Shown here: positions 48,606 to 57,534 of the stretch, one piece after another
Layout: each line of letters begins with the position of its first letter
How positions within the stretch are numbered: the stretch's first letter is position 1
Assembly (NCBI GenBank): GCA_965216565.1
Contig: OZ244170.1
Coordinates: 2,624,001 to 2,688,000 of the forward strand
Reading direction: 5' to 3'
DNA length: 64,000 nucleotides
Origin: Bythopirellula sp.
Lineage (GTDB): Bacteria; Planctomycetota; Planctomycetia; Pirellulales; Lacipirellulaceae
Program-made: the position numbers and the translations under genes
The notes under the pieces: model-generated
The model's input: only the letters and a program-made list of their open reading frames with translations
Told to the model about the DNA's origin: nothing
The model's database searches: none

Positions 48606-50252
48606 ATGAAAAAGTCACTCGCATTGCGGCAACTATGTAGATTTCTTATGTGTACTTCATTTGTCCCTCTAGCCCGAAGAGTTGTCGGAACAGTAAGTTT
48701 TGTACTCATTGCATCTACTGTTTCGGCTCAGGTTTTCGACCCTGGGCCATCCGATCCGAATCTGTTTGACACAGTACTCAATATTCCTCCCGACCCGAGT
48801 ATTGGCGATGATCAGAGCATTGAATCCTCGACTCAACTCAACTTATATGACGGCGGCTCAATTGGCTTGTTCTTTAACGCTGGATCACCTGATGGGTCCA
48901 GTAGCAACGTAGAGGCTAACATTTTCGGCGGGACTGTCGGATACGGCTTCGGTGCCATGTCCGGAAGTGAGGTTAACATCAGTGGTGGTATTATAGGTCG
49001 CCCAAGAACGGGCATCACCGCCTTCGGCGGTAGTGTGATGAATATCAGCGGTGGGAATATTGTCTCAAGCATATCGGCTTTTCCCAATAGTGTCGTGAAT
49101 GTCGATGGTGGTGTGTTTCACAGCAGATTCAACGTACGGTCTAACGGCAATCTTAAGGTCCGTGGCGGGGCCATCTTTGGGCTGCTGAAGTTTGGCGATG
49201 TGGAATTGATCGGAGGAGAATTCCTGCTCAACGGTATCCCTTATCAGGATCCATCAATAACCTTTGGTGGAAACGACGTGTTTTCCGGCACGCTGATGGA
49301 CGGATCAACATTTATCTTCAACCAAAGCCGAAGCGGCTATATTCATGACGTGACGCTCGTTTCTTCGGCCTTGCCGGCGTTAGACCTCGCACCAATTGTC
49401 ATTGAAACTCCCAATCCTGATCGACCCTCTGGCCTCCGGGCTGGTCAGTCGTTGACGCTACGAGACGGGGGACTGCTGAATGCAAACTTCGCCGTCGTCA
49501 GCGCAGAGTTAAACATCGAGGGAGGCGACCTGGGGGACGGTGCAGAATCCACAAATAGCGTTGTGAACATCAGTGGTGGAACCATTGGTTCCAGCTTTGA
49601 CGCCTACTCTGGCAGTGAAGTCAATATCAGTGGTGGCTCAGTTGGCTCTGCCTTCAGAGCTCAGCACGGAAGCGTTGTGAACGTCAGCGGCGGAAGTGTT
49701 GGGGAATCATTCTTTGCCTCTTCGGGAAGTGTGGTAAACATCAGCGGTGGAACTGTCGGTGAAACCCCGGGCGACTTCATTACCGCTGAATCCGGAAGTG
49801 TGCTAAACATATCCGGTGGTACTTTGCAGAGCGCTATACAGGCACGTTCTGGAAGTGTAGTAAACATCAGTGGCGGTATTCTAAATAGCTATTTCTATGG
49901 ACTGCCTGGTGGCCAGGACATAAACATTTTTGGCAGAGAGTTTTTCCTCGATGGCCAGCCAGTAACCGGAACTACAATTAATGAAGCGAGAACGATTACG
50001 GAACGAGAAATCGTCTTGTCGGGACTGCTAGCTGACGGTTCACCTTTCAGCTTTAATCTCGATCCGTTTGTTCCTTCCGGTGTAGATTCTTTTCCAATCG
50101 ATGCAACGATAAACGTGACAGTCGTTCCAGTCCCGGAACCAAAGTCACTGACGATAATCTGGCTGGCAGTGGGGCTCTTTTTCCCAAGATGTGGTGGCGG
50201 TCGTTGGTGTCGGACCAGACTAGGCACTACCAGTTTCAGTTTCTGTAATTAA
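48606..50252 (+). CDS. PEP-CTERM protein with VNISGG beta-helix repeats
   Basis: Repeated GSVVNISGG units about 19 aa apart; VPVPEP tail; TVLNIPP..IGDDQSI shared with the 53943 gene. Confidence 0.85.
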   Translation: MKKSLALRQLCRFLMCTSFVPLARRVVGTVSFVLIASTVSAQVFDPGPSDPNLFDTVLNIPPDPSIGDDQSIESSTQLNLYDGGSIGLFFNAGSPDGSSSNVEANIFGGTVGYGFGAMSGSEVNISGGIIGRPRTGITAFGGSVMNISGGNIVSSISAFPNSVVNVDGGVFHSRFNVRSNGNLKVRGGAIFGLLKFGDVELIGGEFLLNGIPYQDPSITFGGNDVFSGTLMDGSTFIFNQSRSGYIHDVTLVSSALPALDLAPIVIETPNPDRPSGLRAGQSLTLRDGGLLNANFAVVSAELNIEGGDLGDGAESTNSVVNISGGTIGSSFDAYSGSEVNISGGSVGSAFRAQHGSVVNVSGGSVGESFFASSGSVVNISGGTVGETPGDFITAESGSVLNISGGTLQSAIQARSGSVVNISGGILNSYFYGLPGGQDINIFGREFFLDGQPVTGTTINEARTITEREIVLSGLLADGSPFSFNLDPFVPSGVDSFPIDATINVTVVPVPEPKSLTIIWLAVGLFFPRCGGGRWCRTRLGTTSFSFCN

Positions 50253-50650
50253 CGGTCCCTTCACAACTGATCTTTAGGGCGAATTCTAATCCGCCGCAGT
50301 TGCACCAACCTTTTTCTTTCGGCTCTTCGGAACCTGCACTGGCGTGAAATGTCGATAGGAGTTGAGTGCGGAGATGATGCCTACTTCAGCGATAAAACGC
50401 AAGCTTGAAACTCGCTTCGGTTGAGCACTCCTGAGCGAATTCGACTGCGGCCATGCGGTGGGGACGACCGACGCGTCGAAGCCTGGATTGCAATCTGTGT
50501 CCAATTGCATTCGGTCGTTTTCAACTCAGCGAGTTGGCGTCCAACAAAGCTCCGCTCAAATGTCCGTCATCTCAGTCCCTGCAAACTGTTCTAGCTGGTC
50601 AATTGACGAGAGCAGAATAGTTCAGGGAGGTGCTCTGGATAATTGCCAGG

Positions 50651-53056
50651 TTAATTTACTTTGAGCAATAGCACGCCGTTGGGCATGAGCTCAAATTCAG
50701 ACCCAAGCGATTGGCCAGTGAGCATGTCGATTGCGGTGGCGGAACTTCCACTCTTCATCGCGATCTTCAGTTTCGCGGGATTCTTGCCGATGTTGAGGAT
50801 GTTCACGAGGTAACCGCCGCCCGGGTTCTCGACCACTCTCCAGGTGCATCCTTTGTGATTGGTGCCGTTGTCTTCGGTGACTTCCACTTCCGGCAGGCTC
50901 TCCGAAATCAGTCCAATCGCCTCTTCTTTGAGCGTCGCAAGCGCGCTGCCAGTTTTTAACCTGACCAGTCTGCCCTTGCTCTCGACGAGAGTCTCTTTAC
51001 GGGGCTTGCCATATTCGTTTTTGGAGAGGCTCTCGTCGCCGTCCAGAAGCACGGTGCCGCCGTCGTCCAGATAGCTTTGCAGCGCCTCGAACTCGGAATC
51101 CGTCACGAACTCGGTTTTGTAGACAAGAATCGCGTCCCAGTTGTTGTGATCCTGCTTCCGGATAATATTCTCCGTGGCAAAGCCAAGCGGGAAGCCTTCG
51201 AAGAACAATTGTTCATAGATCTCGAACTGATCCGTCATGTGCCGGTGCTTGTTGATGGCCGACGTCTCCGAATAGAAAAGACGGAGGGGACGGCGCTGTT
51301 TGCGGATCGCCATCACTTCCTCAGAGAAACTGTTCAGGTCGTACATGACCTGGGTCACTTCGTTGACGATGTGGGGCTGTTGGTTTGCTGATGCCGCATA
51401 GGAGCCGGCCAAGGCTGGATCGAAGAAATCCAGTTCGCCTTCCATACGATCTTCGGGAGATCCGTCAGGATCGCGCGCCCACCACCACGCGAGATTGGCG
51501 TCCATACCTTGGATCGTGGCCAGCCAGTAAACGCTTCGCACGTATTCCTCGGGCGAATCAAGCTCTCTGACCCAGGAAGCAGATAGGAAATGATTCTCCG
51601 AATTAAAGTGAATCTTGTCGGGCGCGACGGACTCCAAGAAGTCGTAGGCCACGCTCAACTCCTCCCAGAAATAGGCGTAGTGCGCCTCCCAAGGATCCGG
51701 CTTCGTAGCGTTGAGTTTTCTGATCCACTGTGTCTTCGCATCGTCGCCGATCATCGTGGTGAGTTCCGTCAACGCCTCCATGTCAATGCCGTGGTCCCGG
51801 TGGTTATTAGAGAAGAGATCGGGTTGCAGCTTGATGCTTGTATCCGCTTCGGGATTCCCTTTCTTCAGCTCGCCCTGGATGTACGTGAACCAGTCGGTCC
51901 CACGCTTCATATTGAAGCGGCACCAGTCATACCACATTGGTTTTCCCGTATTGGAGCGCGGGATCGGGTACGGATAGGTGACGGACGCGAAGTCAGGGAA
52001 TGAAGTTCCCCAGTTCTCGTTCAGCTCCTGGATGTCGCCGCCGTAGTTCTCCTCGAGCCATGCCTTGAAGTTGGCGTCGGTGTAGGAGGAGATGGAATTC
52101 ATTTCCTTGAAGCGCTGTGTCCAGTGCTCCTTCGCGAAAAACCAGTGAGGTTCATTGGAAAGAATGTAGCCAAGCTGAGTGACCTTCTTTCCTCGAGTGA
52201 GTTCGCCTGCTTTCTGAGCGATCTTTCCCCACACTTCGCGGACCAGGGGGTTGTCGATGTCGAACCCGGTGAAGAGGCTGCGGCCCTTATTGGCCTCCGG
52301 TTCCTTTTTCAGCACCCAGTCGGGGATGCCGCCATTCCAGAACAGGAGAAACCCCACATTCGTGTCGGCAATACCGGTAATCTCGCTCAAGAGTTCTTCA
52401 TCCCAGGTGCCATCTTCCTTGAGCAGGAACGAATTGATGGCGCGATCGTGATCGACGGGATATAGGTTTTCGCCGCCGTGAAAAATCGCTCCCAGATGAT
52501 CATTGTAAACCTGAGTATCGGTGAGCGGGCGGCCGACCGACTTGGAGAAATAGTCGTACAGGAAAATCGGCTTTCCGTTACTCAGCAATACGTCTTCACT
52601 GACCTCGATGTTCTGCCAATCGACCTTGTTCACCGGCCGTCTGACAATCTCCCCGCTCAACACGTCTTCCAGCGTGGCGATTCCGTCGTCGAGAATCTCG
52701 ATAACCTTCTTGCGTTGAAAGTCTGGGAGCTCCTCGGCCAGCTCCTTTTTCCGGCTGGAGAACGGTTTGTGATAGACGCCAAACAGATATTCGTTCGCGG
52801 CCACATTTTCCTCGTCCCAATCCGCGAACTTCACGAACTCCTTCGAAAACCAGAGCAGAGTTTCCTCTCGGGTGACGTCGAGAGATTTGGAGCGGGCGTC
52901 CTCCATCAGGTTTTCGAGAGCGTCGATCCGCGAGAGTGCCTGATCCTTGTAATTGGACCTAGTGCCCGATTGCGCATGGGCGTTGTGGATGGAGGTGGCC
53001 AGCGTCAGACCAAGTGAGAGGAGGATTGCGAAGCGATGACTGGTTTTGAAGTTCAT
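50651..53056 (-). CDS. Exported clan GH-A glycoside hydrolase, GH42/beta-galactosidase-like
   Basis: Signal peptide; ILSNEPHW (putative acid/base); IQELNENWGTSF; WYDWCRFN; FNSENH (putative nucleophile). Confidence 0.75.
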   Translation of the reverse strand: MNFKTSHRFAILLSLGLTLATSIHNAHAQSGTRSNYKDQALSRIDALENLMEDARSKSLDVTREETLLWFSKEFVKFADWDEENVAANEYLFGVYHKPFSSRKKELAEELPDFQRKKVIEILDDGIATLEDVLSGEIVRRPVNKVDWQNIEVSEDVLLSNGKPIFLYDYFSKSVGRPLTDTQVYNDHLGAIFHGGENLYPVDHDRAINSFLLKEDGTWDEELLSEITGIADTNVGFLLFWNGGIPDWVLKKEPEANKGRSLFTGFDIDNPLVREVWGKIAQKAGELTRGKKVTQLGYILSNEPHWFFAKEHWTQRFKEMNSISSYTDANFKAWLEENYGGDIQELNENWGTSFPDFASVTYPYPIPRSNTGKPMWYDWCRFNMKRGTDWFTYIQGELKKGNPEADTSIKLQPDLFSNNHRDHGIDMEALTELTTMIGDDAKTQWIRKLNATKPDPWEAHYAYFWEELSVAYDFLESVAPDKIHFNSENHFLSASWVRELDSPEEYVRSVYWLATIQGMDANLAWWWARDPDGSPEDRMEGELDFFDPALAGSYAASANQQPHIVNEVTQVMYDLNSFSEEVMAIRKQRRPLRLFYSETSAINKHRHMTDQFEIYEQLFFEGFPLGFATENIIRKQDHNNWDAILVYKTEFVTDSEFEALQSYLDDGGTVLLDGDESLSKNEYGKPRKETLVESKGRLVRLKTGSALATLKEEAIGLISESLPEVEVTEDNGTNHKGCTWRVVENPGGGYLVNILNIGKNPAKLKIAMKSGSSATAIDMLTGQSLGSEFELMPNGVLLLKVN

Positions 53057-53283
53057 AATCGTACAAGATTCGTGTGGGGAGGGATTCTACCTGGAAGAAA
53101 GGGCGGCCTGAATTTTTCGAGTGTGAAGTACTTAGTTTTCGTGAGCATACAGGAAAGAAGAACAAACCTAAAATCGATCGCGTTTGCGAAGCCATTCAAG
53201 CGTTTAGTTGTTGTGGAAAGGAATCGATTCATTAAGCACATGCTTTCACACGAGGGAGCATTTGTCGGCTGAATAGCGTCGTC

Positions 53284-53325
53284 GACTCTAAAACAATGAC
53301 TCTAAAACAATGACTCTAAAACATT
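53284..53325. repeat. 14-bp tandem repeat x3
   Basis: GACTCTAAAACAAT x2 + GACTCTAAAACATT. Confidence 0.9.
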
Positions 53326-53334
53326 AAGGAACAT

Positions 53335-53487
53335 TCATACCCAATCATTCAGGTCATCAATAACAACGAACAACACATTGGGACGCTTCTGCAAGTCCGT
53401 GGCTTGTTCAGAGCACATCGCATGTCCTGTTAGAAAGAAACACGCGGCGAACACGCCTGCTGCCCAAATAGATATGTGTCTTCTCAT
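53335..53487 (-). pseudogene. Truncated sulfatase (signal peptide and first motif only)
   Basis: KRPNVLFVVIDDLNDWV then stop; no CxPSR motif follows. Confidence 0.8.
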
Positions 53488-53581
53488 AATGAATCCCGAT
53501 AATCGTGAACTGCCGTTTGCTTTCTTCCACAACTAAAAGGCTTACGAATACGAGGATGATGGGTCGCTGCACGGAGGCCAA

Positions 53582-53621
53582 AACCGGTATACCGGTTGGC
53601 CCGCCCCAGTATACCGGTTGG
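53582..53621. promoter_or_regulatory. Putative tandem operator
   Basis: Perfect palindrome AACCGGTATACCGGTT plus a repeat of GTATACCGGTTGG 22 bp later. Confidence 0.6.
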
Positions 53622-53942
53622 TCGCCTGCACGGCAAATGTGGCCGCTCACGGAATATTCAGGACCCTAGTTCTGGTGATTTGGAGTCGCCTTAGAGAACA
53701 GAGATGGTTGCCTCCGACCGCAATCGGTTGCGTTGCCAACCGAGGGAGGTTGCATTGAATTCGGCCGCGACGACCTGATCGCCACTCGCTTCGGTGATTT
53801 GGACCGAGGGGAGGAACTTAATTTGGCTAGCCCGCTTCGGTTGAGCAAATCGAAGCGGTATTTGAGCAATGCCTAACCCGCGTTGGCTTCATCGACCTGT
53901 GCAGGCTGGCTAAGTGACACCGGTGTTTCACGCCGAGGCTAG

Positions 53943-55886
53943 TTAGCGGAGCCGCCGTCCCATCGTCAAACAGAGTGCGGCTAGGACGAGTGCAGAGGTG
54001 GTGGGTTCAGGGATGGCGGGAGCGGCCACTAATTCTCCTAGTGTGACGGCTACCGTTGCGGTAGTAGCGAAGAAGTCTCCAGCACCCTGGATTGAATTCA
54101 GGTCGAAACTAAATGCCGTACCATCACCAAGAATTCCAGTCAAGGTAACGTCTCGATCGCTGATCTCAAGCGTTTCACCAGGCTGCATATTGGCGTCGAT
54201 ATCTTCGATTAGTGCGCCAGATACTAAATCTCGGATTTCGAACGCAGAGCCAAACAGATTAACTGTGCTTCTAGATAACGCCATAAAGTTTTCACCGATT
54301 TCGCCACCACCGATATGAATGTTAGTGCTATTCATAGCGCTGAATGCATCTCCGATTGTTCCACCTCTGATTGTGACCCCACTTGAGGAACGCGCTAAAA
54401 AATTGTTTCCAATAGAACCGCCTTCGAAGAATAAGGTGCTCCGATTGTCCACAACTAGGTCGTTCCCCATTGCCCCATCCGAGATATGCACATCGCTCCC
54501 TAAGCCAGCCCTAAATCCACCCTGAAAAGTGCCTCCGGATATTTCGACAGTGCCAAAGACTCTAAATTGGTTGCCAAACGAACCACCTAATATGTCTACT
54601 TCGCCGCTGGCACTGAATCGATCTTCGAACTCACCATCAATGATATTCACAGTTCCAATCAAGTGCCCCCCAATGCCTAACGTTCCTCCCGAGATTTCGA
54701 TCGTACCCGAAATTCTAGAATTAATAGAAATAGATCCACCAGAGATTGATACATCAGAGTCCACTATACGAAATTCACTTCCCAAGAAGCCGTCTGACAT
54801 TCTGAGAACTCCATCTCTCAACTGCGAAGTTCTAGTGATAGAGCTCAGTACACCGCCACCCATAACGTTCAGCACACTCCCTCGAAAGCCATCAAAAGAA
54901 GGAATTCTACCACCGCTAACTATGACCTCAGCATTGACTGCCTCGACGTTTTCACCCATTCTTCCCCCATTGAGCAGCAAAGTGCTTCCCGGACCAGCGT
55001 TAAAAATGTTCTCAACCATGGCTCCATCGTTGACAGTTAGTGTTTGCCCTGTTCGGATTCCAAGCGGAGTAGGGCCTCCCGGTAACGAGATTGAATTCGC
55101 ACCAATTGGCGGAAGTTCAGACGCGACTAGCTGAAGAGTGCCCTCTGCGATTCGATCTCTATCAGGACCTGAGAAAGCGAATGGTGTGCCATCTGCAAGG
55201 ACACCCTCCAGTAAAGAGCTGCCTAAGCTACCAAACGGGACACTAGACCCAGGGGTGTCTAGTCCGGTAATTGGAACACCATCGAGCTGAAACTCGCCTC
55301 CAAAGACTTTCACACTACTTAAACTGATAGTCTCGATAGATCCATGTGTTCCACCAGAGATGTTAAACTCGCTTCCGGCAGAGGCTTCTATGTCTCTCTG
55401 AGGTGAACTAGTTCTTTCACTTCCGATTGAACCACCAGAGATGTTGACTTGACTACCGTTTACTGCATGCAACCTACCTTCAAGCAATCCGCCAGAGATG
55501 TTTGCTGCGCCATCGTTACTAACCGTGAAGCCACTTTCGATTGTGCCTCCAGAGACATTGGCAATACCGCCACTGCGAATGTGCAGTCCACCGTCAATAA
55601 GACCACCAGTTACATTCAATTCTGCATTTGTAACAGATCCGTCAGAAGCGCCGACAAGAAAGTCCTCCCCGATACTCCCTCCATCTGCGAGATTTAATTG
55701 AGTGTCGGTGCCAATTGACTGATCGTCACCGATATTTGGACCGGGTGGAATGTTCAACACCGTACTGAACTGAGCGATTGCATCCTGGTCGTGCAGGGCT
55801 AAGCCGCATACTAAAAAAACAGTCACAAAGTTCAGCATCGTGACCGGCGTTGGGATTCGTTTTGTAGGTAGATGTATGATGTTCAT
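53943..55886 (-). CDS. PEP-CTERM protein with xxISGG beta-helix repeats, paralogue of 48606-50252
   Basis: STVLNIPPGPNIGDDQSI, GVLADGTPFAF, IPEPTT + TM + RR. Confidence 0.85.
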   Translation of the reverse strand: MNIIHLPTKRIPTPVTMLNFVTVFLVCGLALHDQDAIAQFSTVLNIPPGPNIGDDQSIGTDTQLNLADGGSIGEDFLVGASDGSVTNAELNVTGGLIDGGLHIRSGGIANVSGGTIESGFTVSNDGAANISGGLLEGRLHAVNGSQVNISGGSIGSERTSSPQRDIEASAGSEFNISGGTHGSIETISLSSVKVFGGEFQLDGVPITGLDTPGSSVPFGSLGSSLLEGVLADGTPFAFSGPDRDRIAEGTLQLVASELPPIGANSISLPGGPTPLGIRTGQTLTVNDGAMVENIFNAGPGSTLLLNGGRMGENVEAVNAEVIVSGGRIPSFDGFRGSVLNVMGGGVLSSITRTSQLRDGVLRMSDGFLGSEFRIVDSDVSISGGSISINSRISGTIEISGGTLGIGGHLIGTVNIIDGEFEDRFSASGEVDILGGSFGNQFRVFGTVEISGGTFQGGFRAGLGSDVHISDGAMGNDLVVDNRSTLFFEGGSIGNNFLARSSSGVTIRGGTIGDAFSAMNSTNIHIGGGEIGENFMALSRSTVNLFGSAFEIRDLVSGALIEDIDANMQPGETLEISDRDVTLTGILGDGTAFSFDLNSIQGAGDFFATTATVAVTLGELVAAPAIPEPTTSALVLAALCLTMGRRLR

Positions 55887-55904
55887 CTTCCAGTTGAAAA
55901 GGCC

Positions 55905-55984
55905 AAAAAAAAGCACCGCGAACTTCGCATTTCAACCGCAATTGCGGCCAAACGCTGAAATTCGTGGTGCTCTAGTTAGTTCTT
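55905..55984 (-). promoter_or_regulatory. Conserved structured leader element, copy B, ending in a T8 tract
   Basis: Minus strand AAGAACTAACTAGAGCACCACGAATTT...AAGTTCGCGGTGCTTTTTTTT. Confidence 0.65.
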
Positions 55985-56156
55985 ACTCGTAATTGTGAAA
56001 CGAAAACGGGAAGTTGTTCGCTGCCCAGATTGTAAGCGTGGGATAGCTGAATTGCAAGAAATTACGCAGAAGTTCAGCAACAGCCCATAAATGGGCTGTG
56101 TTCAGGCCGCTCAAGCTAAGTGTTGGTTGTCTGAGGGGGTGAAGGTCGGTGATACG

Positions 56157-56186
56157 CTAAGTAGCATCGGCTTCATCGTCCGACGC
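56157..56186 (+). repeat. GTAG-type REP-like palindrome
   Basis: CTAA-GTAG-CATCGG-CTTCATCGT-CCGACGC; related copy at 57320-57349. Confidence 0.65.
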
Positions 56187-56188
56187 AT

Positions 56189-57058
56189 CTATGAGCGGCG
56201 GATTCTAATGACGGAAAAGAACAACGTAGCGAGGGCAAGAAAGAGTGTCCTTGGTTCCGGTACAGCAGCAGAACTTGCACTCATCGGCACGCCGTAGTTG
56301 GCTTCCCAGTCGGCCAAATCACCGACGCCAGGATCGATTTGCCATGTGAGGAAATCAAGGCCGTCGACTCGTCCGTCTATATTGAAATCGCCTTCTAGGT
56401 CTGGCAGATCAGCGAGTTGTCGAATCTCCGACAGAGTAAGCACATGGTCAAATACCCGCAGGTCATCCATAGTCCCATCGAAGAAGAAGCCATCTCCCGG
56501 ATGTCGCCCTAGTGTCATTGCGTTGATCGCGCTTATGTTCAGAGTCTTGGTATCTGTCGATGTCTCCGTGCCGTTCAAGTAGAACGCGTGCTCGCTTCCG
56601 TCACTAACCAGAGCAATATGCTGCCACTGGCCTTGAGTCGTGTCATTGAAGTCGTAGTACTGACTGCCCCAGTAATCTAAGCGGTATGCGTTATTGTCGA
56701 TGTAGAGGTTGAAAGCTCGCCCTGGATTGAAGCTCCCATGATGGATAAGACGATGATCTAATCCTGGGTTGTTGCGAGGATTCACCCACAGCGAATACGA
56801 AATTGGTCCTGCCCCCGCAGGCAGAAATGTCGTTGGCAATTCGATGTAACTAGTTGAGAAATCGTACGCCTGATTCGGAGCGCCAAACCGATCAGGGGCA
56901 AGTATCGCACCAAAAACCGTTCCGTGTTGTCCATTCCCACTCGTATCGTTCACATTTCCATCAAAGAGCCATTCGCCCACTAATGTTCCTCGGCATACTG
57001 CGGCATTCCAAGATACAGCGATGATGAACACGACGTAGAGATTTAGGAGCCGATGCAT
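56189..57058 (-). CDS. LamG-like jellyroll protein with dockerin-like repeat and PEP-CTERM
   Basis: WLFDGNVNDTSGNG, GQWQHIALV, FFDGTMDDLRVF; GDFNIDGRVDGLDFLTWQ; VPEP. Confidence 0.9.
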   Translation of the reverse strand: MHRLLNLYVVFIIAVSWNAAVCRGTLVGEWLFDGNVNDTSGNGQHGTVFGAILAPDRFGAPNQAYDFSTSYIELPTTFLPAGAGPISYSLWVNPRNNPGLDHRLIHHGSFNPGRAFNLYIDNNAYRLDYWGSQYYDFNDTTQGQWQHIALVSDGSEHAFYLNGTETSTDTKTLNISAINAMTLGRHPGDGFFFDGTMDDLRVFDHVLTLSEIRQLADLPDLEGDFNIDGRVDGLDFLTWQIDPGVGDLADWEANYGVPMSASSAAVPEPRTLFLALATLFFSVIRIRRS

Positions 57059-57319
57059 GATTAGTCCTTCTGTCGGAATCCCGGCGCGTTGGAACGCAGT
57101 TCCGTTAGCTGAGGTGACATCTATGTGAAGGGACGCCTAATCCACGGTGTGGCGCTGAGCTGGTGGCGGATAGTATAATCACTCAAAAGAAATAGGCCAA
57201 ATCCTGCCCAGAGCTACCGTTACCAGATTGTAGCGGTGCGACACAGTTCCAGCAGAAATGGAACTCCCGAATCCGCATCGAGCAAAGACACTGACGCAGA
57301 TACGACGAACAGCTACAAC

Positions 57320-57349
57320 GCGTCGGCTTCATCGTCCGACGCTACTTAG
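57320..57349 (-). repeat. GTAG-type REP-like palindrome
   Basis: Plus strand GCGTCGG-CTTCATCGT-CCGACGC-TAC-TTAG. Confidence 0.65.
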
Positions 57350-57524
57350 CTGATGGCTTACACCGCTTCTCTTTGACGATGGTTCGGTTGCGTTGATTGA
57401 CAATATGAACTGGCAGAGATTCAGGCGTGCGGACAATCGTCCAGACAGAATGGCCACGCTTCAATTATTCTTCTACCATTAGACGCCCAGTCGCTCCGCT
57501 GGCTCCAACCACGTATATTACCAT
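57342..57524 (-). pseudogene. Remnant of an NAD(P)H-binding (atypical SDR/epimerase) gene
   Basis: Manual translation MVIYVVGASGATGRLMVEE*LKRGHSVWTIVRTPESL: Rossmann GxxGxxG, in-frame TAA at codon 20, truncated by codon 61. Confidence 0.8.
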
Positions 57525-57534
57525 TCCCGTTCCT

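Noticed and set aside
53284..53325. Minus strand reads GTTTTAGAG repeatedly, like a type II CRISPR repeat start
   Set aside because: These are 14-bp head-to-tail units with no spacers, and there are no cas genes in the window.
54529..55134. 201-aa Pro-rich repetitive plus-strand ORF
   Set aside because: Mirror of the Gly-Gly repeats of the minus-strand PEP-CTERM gene
48389..55984. Leader hairpins as integron attC sites
   Set aside because: There is no matching RYYYAAC/GTTRRRY pair, the hairpins lie 5' of genes, and no integron integrase is present.
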